From Bdellovibrionota bacterium (lineage in GTDB: Bacteria; Bdellovibrionota_C; UBA2361; OMII01): DNA of 13,169 bases. Below are positions 8,611 to 13,169 of this stretch, in pieces (positions within the stretch are counted from its first letter, which is position 1; every line of letters starts with the position of its first letter). The position numbers and the translations under genes were made by a program. The notes beneath the pieces are model-generated. The model saw only the letters and a list, made by a program, of their open reading frames with translations, did not search any database and was not told the origin of the DNA. Location of the stretch: positions 1-13,169 of the forward strand of contig JBIKWQ010000079.1 of the NCBI GenBank assembly GCA_044356215.1, read 5' to 3'.

Positions 8611-9732
8611 GTGGCGATTTGTAGCGCGAGGTCAGAGGGAGGATTTTGGTTGGCGCGCCTGCTTGTATTGATAGTGCCGATCTGTTTTCTATTTATTCCG
8701 GCGCAATTTAAAGGGTACGCGCAGTTCGCGGTCGCTCCATTGGTATTTCTCCTGATGAGCAGGGTTAGGTTATTTAGCGTAAGGGTGCCGGTGTCAGTTG
8801 TATGTGTGGGGCTACTGGGCACACTACTGGGGGTTCTGGCCCAATTCTCGCATGTCAGGTTATCAAAAGGAGCTTTTCTTGTTTCTACGGTTAGCGAGCG
8901 AGATCTTCGCCAAGAGGCTAAAATATATAGAGATAAATTAAGGAAGGGGGTAGGGCAAGGGGGCGCAGGATTGGTGGGACTAAGGGCTAGTCTCATTACC
9001 GATCCGCAATCGGCTAGAAGTCTACTCGACCAGAGCGGGCAGATCGCTGGGGTTATTTGGGGTGGATCAAGGTGGATGAATGTGACATTAAAGGAATATG
9101 ATCCTTTGTCTCTGGCTGCCTTTCCCGAGGGAAGTGTAGCGGCGGATATTTTGAAGGGCTTCAATTTGCCAGAGCTATATTTGATCAGATCAGTACCGCA
9201 GGTAGGTCTGTCCCACGGACACGAGAGGGGATCCCTCCATTTTTTGAGTCAGATAATTAAAGTTTGGAACCAAGTGCCAAGAGTGACTGCGCCTGGAGCG
9301 GCCTCCGATATTTTTGAAGGGCAAATGGAATCTTTGTCCGCGACTCAAGCGCGCTGGACATCGAAGGCGCACCTGGCGCTGCCATTGTTCTTGTCGGCTA
9401 ACGCGCATCTTGTTAGGTCAATTGAGGGTAAGCACATCCTTGATGGGGATCTCGATTGCGCGTTGCGGCAATATCAGTACGCGCTCTCTCTCTTTACGGC
9501 GGCTGATAATCCGCCGCTAGCTCTGGCGATCCGGAATAATTACGCGGTTGCTCGTCTCGCCACGGCGGATAGCGCGGTTGAATCCCGAGCTGTTACGCGT
9601 GAGGTGATTAAAAATTTGAGGATCGCCTTGAGCTCGAGAAAGAAATCACCCACGCAGGGTGGTTATATGGCGTTAAATTTTTATGCTTTTCAAAACTCGC
9701 TTTTAGAGAGGGACAGAAATGACAAGAAATGA
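8611..9732 (+). CDS. Membrane-anchored hypothetical protein with a C-terminal TPR-like unit
   Basis: About three hydrophobic segments lie in the first 80 aa. LDCALRQYQYALSLFTAADNPPLALAIRNNYAVA (9451-9552) is TPR-like. GTG start; the stop overlaps the purC start by 14 nt. Confidence 0.7.
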   Translation: MAICSARSEGGFWLARLLVLIVPICFLFIPAQFKGYAQFAVAPLVFLLMSRVRLFSVRVPVSVVCVGLLGTLLGVLAQFSHVRLSKGAFLVSTVSERDLRQEAKIYRDKLRKGVGQGGAGLVGLRASLITDPQSARSLLDQSGQIAGVIWGGSRWMNVTLKEYDPLSLAAFPEGSVAADILKGFNLPELYLIRSVPQVGLSHGHERGSLHFLSQIIKVWNQVPRVTAPGAASDIFEGQMESLSATQARWTSKAHLALPLFLSANAHLVRSIEGKHILDGDLDCALRQYQYALSLFTAADNPPLALAIRNNYAVARLATADSAVESRAVTREVIKNLRIALSSRKKSPTQGGYMALNFYAFQNSLLERDRNDKK

Positions 9733-10669
9733 AATTCGTTGTGACATGCCAGCGGCGCTTCAAGAGACTGATTACGGTTGGCTCGGGTCTCTTTACCGAG
9801 GCAAGGTGAGAGATAGTTATATTCGCGGAGATGAGAGGGTCTTAATAGCCACTGATCGGCTGAGCGCTTTCGACAGAATTATATCCAGTGTTCCTGGTAA
9901 GGGGCAGATTCTGACGTCTATGGCGGCGTATTGGTTCAAGCGGGTCGGCGATGTTATCGACAACCATCTTGTCGCGATTCCAGATCCCGCTGTGATGATT
10001 GTGAAGGAGGTAAGTATCATCCCAGTAGAGGTGGTTGTCCGTGGTTACCTCGCTGGAAGCGCGTGGCGCGACTATGAAGCTGGAAGATTAGTCAGTGGAC
10101 ACAGGCTTCCCGCGGGACTGGCGCAATTTCACCGATTCCCAGATCCGCTAATTACACCATTCACCAAAGAGGCGGTCGGTCAGCATGATCAGCCGATATC
10201 TGAGGCGGAGGTTTTGGCACGGGGATTAGTCTCGCGAGATCATTGGGAAGAGATTAAGAGCGCGGCGCTTAGGCTCTTCGAGATCGGAACACAGGAAGTA
10301 GCTAAGAGGGGATTGCTCTTCGCTGACACTAAATACGAGTTTGGCATCTTAGACGGTCGTGTGGTTTTAGCTGATGAGATACATACGCTAGATTCATCAC
10401 GCTTCTGGGTGGCGGAAACCTATCACTCGAATCTGTCGCGAGGAGAGCCGCCTGAGATGCTCGATAAAGAGCCGATCCGCCGTTGGTTAATCGAGAGGGG
10501 CTTCATGGGAGAAGGGGAGTTACCAGAGATCGACGATGCCTATCGGTTGTCGCTACGAGAACACTACTTAAAGAGCGCCAGTCGGATCACGGGAGAAAGC
10601 TACAATTTAGACGACAGCGATCCAGTCGCGAGGATTTCGCGTAACCTAAAGTCTTTTTACAAATTGTAG
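9719..10669 (+). CDS. purC: Phosphoribosylaminoimidazole-succinocarboxamide (SAICAR) synthase, long Ade1-like form
   Basis: Motifs YRGKVRD, ATDRLSAFD, IPVEVVVRGYLAGS, DTKYEFG, LADEIHTLDSSRFW and LDKE. An SD-like GAGAGGG lies upstream. Confidence 0.96.
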   Translation: MTRNEIRCDMPAALQETDYGWLGSLYRGKVRDSYIRGDERVLIATDRLSAFDRIISSVPGKGQILTSMAAYWFKRVGDVIDNHLVAIPDPAVMIVKEVSIIPVEVVVRGYLAGSAWRDYEAGRLVSGHRLPAGLAQFHRFPDPLITPFTKEAVGQHDQPISEAEVLARGLVSRDHWEEIKSAALRLFEIGTQEVAKRGLLFADTKYEFGILDGRVVLADEIHTLDSSRFWVAETYHSNLSRGEPPEMLDKEPIRRWLIERGFMGEGELPEIDDAYRLSLREHYLKSASRITGESYNLDDSDPVARISRNLKSFYKL

Positions 10670-10703
10670 AGACTCAAAATCAAGCAACCTAGAGGCCCTC
10701 GTT

Positions 10704-12359
10704 ATGAAAACCATCGCCTGGATCAGCTTACTGTTGTTATTAGGGGCTTTTTTGGCTAGACCAATAAGCGATCCCGACATCTGGTGGCATATTAATGTTG
10801 GAAGATGGATTATGGCGCACGGAGAGGTTCCGTATGTTGATTACTGGAATAGATTCGCCGTAGGAACTCCATGGCGCGCGTATTCTTGGTCGAATGAGTT
10901 GGTCTATGCCTTAGCGGATAGATTGTACGGGGTCGTTGGCCTTGGAATGCTGCAGCTATTTCTGGCGATTTTTTTCGCGCTTGTCGCGCATGTTTCTTTC
11001 AGCTTTATGGCCGGAAGCTATTTTTTCGGCGCGCTCTTAACCACAGTAAGTGTGGCTGCTTGCAGAGGGCACTTCTCTCTAAGACCGCAGACCACAGTGT
11101 GGATACTTTTTATCTTAGCGCTTTGCAGCGCTGAGATCTGTAAGCGACGAGGACCGCGCGCTAAATATCTTATATTTACCTTCATTCTCGGCGTAATTTG
11201 GGCAAATTCCCATTTGTCGGCGATCATTGGAGCAGCGACGTTATTTCTTTGGACGCTGGATTCTCCAAACTCGCGGCCGAAGTCGCTCTTGTCTCTCAAG
11301 TTGGCGGTAGCTTTCCTACTTGGCACGCTGTTGACCCCATATTTTGGTGGGGAGTGGATGACTTTATTTTCCAAGAGTGGTCACATTTTCACCTTCAGCG
11401 CTATCGATGAGTTTAATCCGGCGAATATCACTCAGGCATCAACAGCAGTGGTCTTGTTTCAGATCGTCGTTGTACTGGTCTTAGCTTTTTCGTCTGGTCG
11501 TCTGCCGCGGATGGGCGCGATATCAGTGGTGGTCCTTACCCTTCTGCTAGGTGGCATAACAGTAAAGTTCCTGCCGTTCGCGGCGCTCTCTTTATCCGCG
11601 CTGACGGCGCTCTGGGTTTACGAGGAACTCGCTCTGGGGAAGCACGATGAACGTAACCATTTGTTGCGTGGATTGCTTCAGGCGCGTAACTGGTTCCGTT
11701 CATTGCAGCCACAAACCTTGGGCGCATGCGCCTTTTTTATCAGTTCTCTAGCTTTTACCAATTCGGTTAAAGCGATTAACAACCCAGTCGCCTACTCTAA
11801 GACACCACGGCGAGCTGTTGATTTTTTTGAGGAGAAGTCACTATCGCACCCCGTTTTGAATGAATTTGAGTCGGGTGGCTATATGCAATACAGATGGAGC
11901 TCTGCGAATGGAGAGCCTAGAGCTCTTGTCGCTATCGACGGACGCACCAACGTCAATAGGCCTGATATTTGGAGTGACTACAGGAACGCGTTCACGGGGA
12001 GGGAAGAGTGGAGAGGATATTTTGACAAAGTAAATCCACGAACCGTGATTTGGCGCAAGGGCAGTCCCCTTACAGCTTTGCTTGTTGAGGATCCAGAGTG
12101 GTGCCGTGTTTTTGACGCGGGGAGCAATCCGAGCGGTTATGGAGTATTCATCACGCGAGATGAATTTATGAATCGGCCAGGGGTGTTCGAGTCCTCTGAT
12201 TGCGAAATTAAGGGGGGCTCGGTTTACGATGCCAAAGCGACAAAATCATCAGGATGTAAGGATCTCTGCGGTGATGGGCAGTGCCAGGAGATAGTTTGTA
12301 TGGCCGTAGGTTGTCCGTGCCCAGAGAGTCCAGCTAGCTGCCCTCAAGATTGCAAGTGA
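10704..12359 (+). CDS. Polytopic membrane protein, putative GT-C-fold glycosyltransferase-like, with a C-terminal Cys-rich module
   Basis: The first TM helix is followed by SDPDIWWH..G. Many TM segments follow, along with LRPQ, WANSH and a soluble domain containing GGY...IDGRT. The tail has 8 Cys. GAGG lies upstream of the ATG. Confidence 0.65.
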   Translation: MKTIAWISLLLLLGAFLARPISDPDIWWHINVGRWIMAHGEVPYVDYWNRFAVGTPWRAYSWSNELVYALADRLYGVVGLGMLQLFLAIFFALVAHVSFSFMAGSYFFGALLTTVSVAACRGHFSLRPQTTVWILFILALCSAEICKRRGPRAKYLIFTFILGVIWANSHLSAIIGAATLFLWTLDSPNSRPKSLLSLKLAVAFLLGTLLTPYFGGEWMTLFSKSGHIFTFSAIDEFNPANITQASTAVVLFQIVVVLVLAFSSGRLPRMGAISVVVLTLLLGGITVKFLPFAALSLSALTALWVYEELALGKHDERNHLLRGLLQARNWFRSLQPQTLGACAFFISSLAFTNSVKAINNPVAYSKTPRRAVDFFEEKSLSHPVLNEFESGGYMQYRWSSANGEPRALVAIDGRTNVNRPDIWSDYRNAFTGREEWRGYFDKVNPRTVIWRKGSPLTALLVEDPEWCRVFDAGSNPSGYGVFITRDEFMNRPGVFESSDCEIKGGSVYDAKATKSSGCKDLCGDGQCQEIVCMAVGCPCPESPASCPQDCK

Positions 12360-12380
12360 ACTTAGCGCGGAGGTTTAGAA

Positions 12381-12875
12381 TTAATTCCAGACAGTGCTAA
12401 GCCGCGGCTTTGATGATTTAGTACCCCTAAGTCCCCTGAGCGCGTTATCAGCTATCTCGCGTACCTCTTTCAACGTCATGCCGAGCCTGGTAGCGATCTC
12501 CTGCTCTGATTGAGGGAGTCCTTTGGCCGGGAAAAGAGAAGATATTACCTCATGCTCGAGGCGTCCTAATGCCTCTTTGGCTTCCTCGACTCGTTCAACC
12601 GCGACCTTCTCGCGATCCTGCTGAGACATCTCCTCATGTGCGAGATTAGGGGGTAGATCTAGCAACTGTTCAAGGGTTAGATCGCCTACCAGCTTTGACG
12701 CCGGCGCCGCGAGCTTCAACGTTGGGCTCTTACCTTCTTTGGATGATTTTTTCGGTGCTCTGACTTTATTAGATGTAACCGCCGCAGCCCTCTTACTAAC
12801 AGGGCTTCTTTTGGTCGCGCTACTTGGACCGTTAAGGGTACCTAAATTATTTGGCGACTTGCGCCTAATGCTCAT
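12381..12875 (-). CDS. Protein with a basic low-complexity N-terminus and a stand-alone sigma-70 region-4-like HTH
   Basis: The C-terminus EALGRLEHEVISSLF...SEQEIATRLGMTLKEVREIADNALRGLR matches the sigma region 4 pattern. No region 2 is present. GGGGG SD lies upstream. Confidence 0.75.
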   Translation of the reverse strand: MSIRRKSPNNLGTLNGPSSATKRSPVSKRAAAVTSNKVRAPKKSSKEGKSPTLKLAAPASKLVGDLTLEQLLDLPPNLAHEEMSQQDREKVAVERVEEAKEALGRLEHEVISSLFPAKGLPQSEQEIATRLGMTLKEVREIADNALRGLRGTKSSKPRLSTVWN

Positions 12876-12912
12876 CGAACCCCCGGCAAACAGACTTTGG
12901 GCGATTTCTTCG

Positions 12913-12942
12913 ACCTTACCAATTAGTTCCGCTATAAGTCAA
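12913..12942 (-). promoter_or_regulatory. Putative sigma-70 promoter for the 164-aa gene
   Basis: The minus strand reads TTGACT (12942-12937), N18, TAAGGT (12918-12913), with a TGn extended -10. It ends 37 bp upstream of the start codon. Confidence 0.5.
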
Positions 12943-12953
12943 ATCCGAAGGTG

Positions 12954-12966
12954 TAAGTTACTGATT
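12954..12966 (-). promoter_or_regulatory. IHF-like binding site
   Basis: The minus strand AATCAGTAACTTA fits WATCARNNNNTTR and lies 11 bp upstream of the putative -35. Confidence 0.4.
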
Positions 12967-12999
12967 ATCCGTATAGGGCGTCGCAGTTCTTTATCACCA

Positions 13000-13026
13000 C
13001 AGAGGACGCAGAGGACACAGAGAACG
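13000..13026 (+). repeat. Three imperfect tandem 9-mers
   Basis: CAGAGGACG CAGAGGACA CAGAGAACG, preceded by TCACCA. Confidence 0.75.
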
Positions 13027-13043
13027 GCCATTTTATCGGCAAT

Positions 13044-13102
13044 TATAGTCCTTTTCAGAAGTTTGTAGCGTAATTCGCTAGAAACTTTTAGAAAAGACTA
13101 TA
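13044..13102. repeat. 59-bp imperfect palindrome with 27-bp arms, TIR/MITE-like
   Basis: The left arm TATAGTCCTTTTCAGAAGTTTGTAGCG matches the reverse complement of the right arm (13076-13102), TATAGTCTTTTCTAAAAGTTTCTAGCG, at 22/27. The loop is TAATT. Confidence 0.75.
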
Positions 13103-13129
13103 CCAACCGTAGCTTTAGCGTAGGTTGGT
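13102..13129 (-). repeat. REP-like hairpin, copy C
   Basis: The reverse complement of 13107-13124 is CCTACGCTAAAGCTACGG, 17/18 identical to 25-42. The stem is ACCAACC (13102-13108)/GGTTGGT (13123-13129). Confidence 0.8.
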
Positions 13130-13140
13130 TACCCTGCAAT

Positions 13141-13167
13141 CGCTACGGACTTTTGGAAAACGCTATA
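13141..13167. repeat. Third copy of the 27-bp TIR-like motif (direct repeat of 13076-13102)
   Basis: CGCTACGGACTTTTGGAAAACGCTATA matches CGCTAGAAACTTTTAGAAAAGACTATA at 21/27 ungapped. Confidence 0.65.
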
Positions 13168-13169
13168 TA

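Noticed and set aside
8592..11727. 190-aa antisense ORF (8592-9164) and other nested ORFs in the downstream genes
   Set aside because: The + strand ORFs fit the operon packing and show TM or enzyme motifs; the nested ORFs show none.
12360..12380. Bidirectional terminator between the convergent genes
   Set aside because: The 21-bp gap has no hairpin or U-tract.
12739..13068. 109-aa plus-strand ORF with QRTQRTQRT
   Set aside because: It is antisense to the sigma-4 gene and its promoter, and the peptide repeat is just the translated 9-bp DNA repeat.
13044..13169. CRISPR array (27-bp near-repeats separated by 38 bp)
   Set aside because: There are only two direct copies at 21/27 identity, the third is inverted, the would-be spacer is itself a repeat, and no cas genes are present.

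Overview
A bacterial window of roughly 50% GC, dominated by a co-oriented housekeeping cluster. The order is a DUF4845-like small membrane protein, pyrR-pyrB-pyrC-carA-carB (early de novo pyrimidine synthesis), a degenerate DUF2726-like protein, a membrane-anchored protein with one TPR-like unit, purC, and a polytopic GT-C-like membrane protein ending in an 8-Cys module. A convergent gene on the - strand encodes a basic N-terminal tail fused to a stand-alone sigma-70 region-4-like HTH; it has a plausible sigma-70 promoter and an IHF-like site. The most unusual signals are non-coding and lie at the two ends. There are three copies of a REP-like hairpin with a conserved ~18-nt core and different, self-complementary stems. 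There is also a 27-bp TIR-like motif present three times with a REP copy nested among them, plus a 9-bp tandem repeat. PyrR appears to have lost some RNA-binding residues, and no PyrR attenuator is visible. I see no clear multi-gene novel system; the candidates below are hypotheses made from pattern recognition without database searches.
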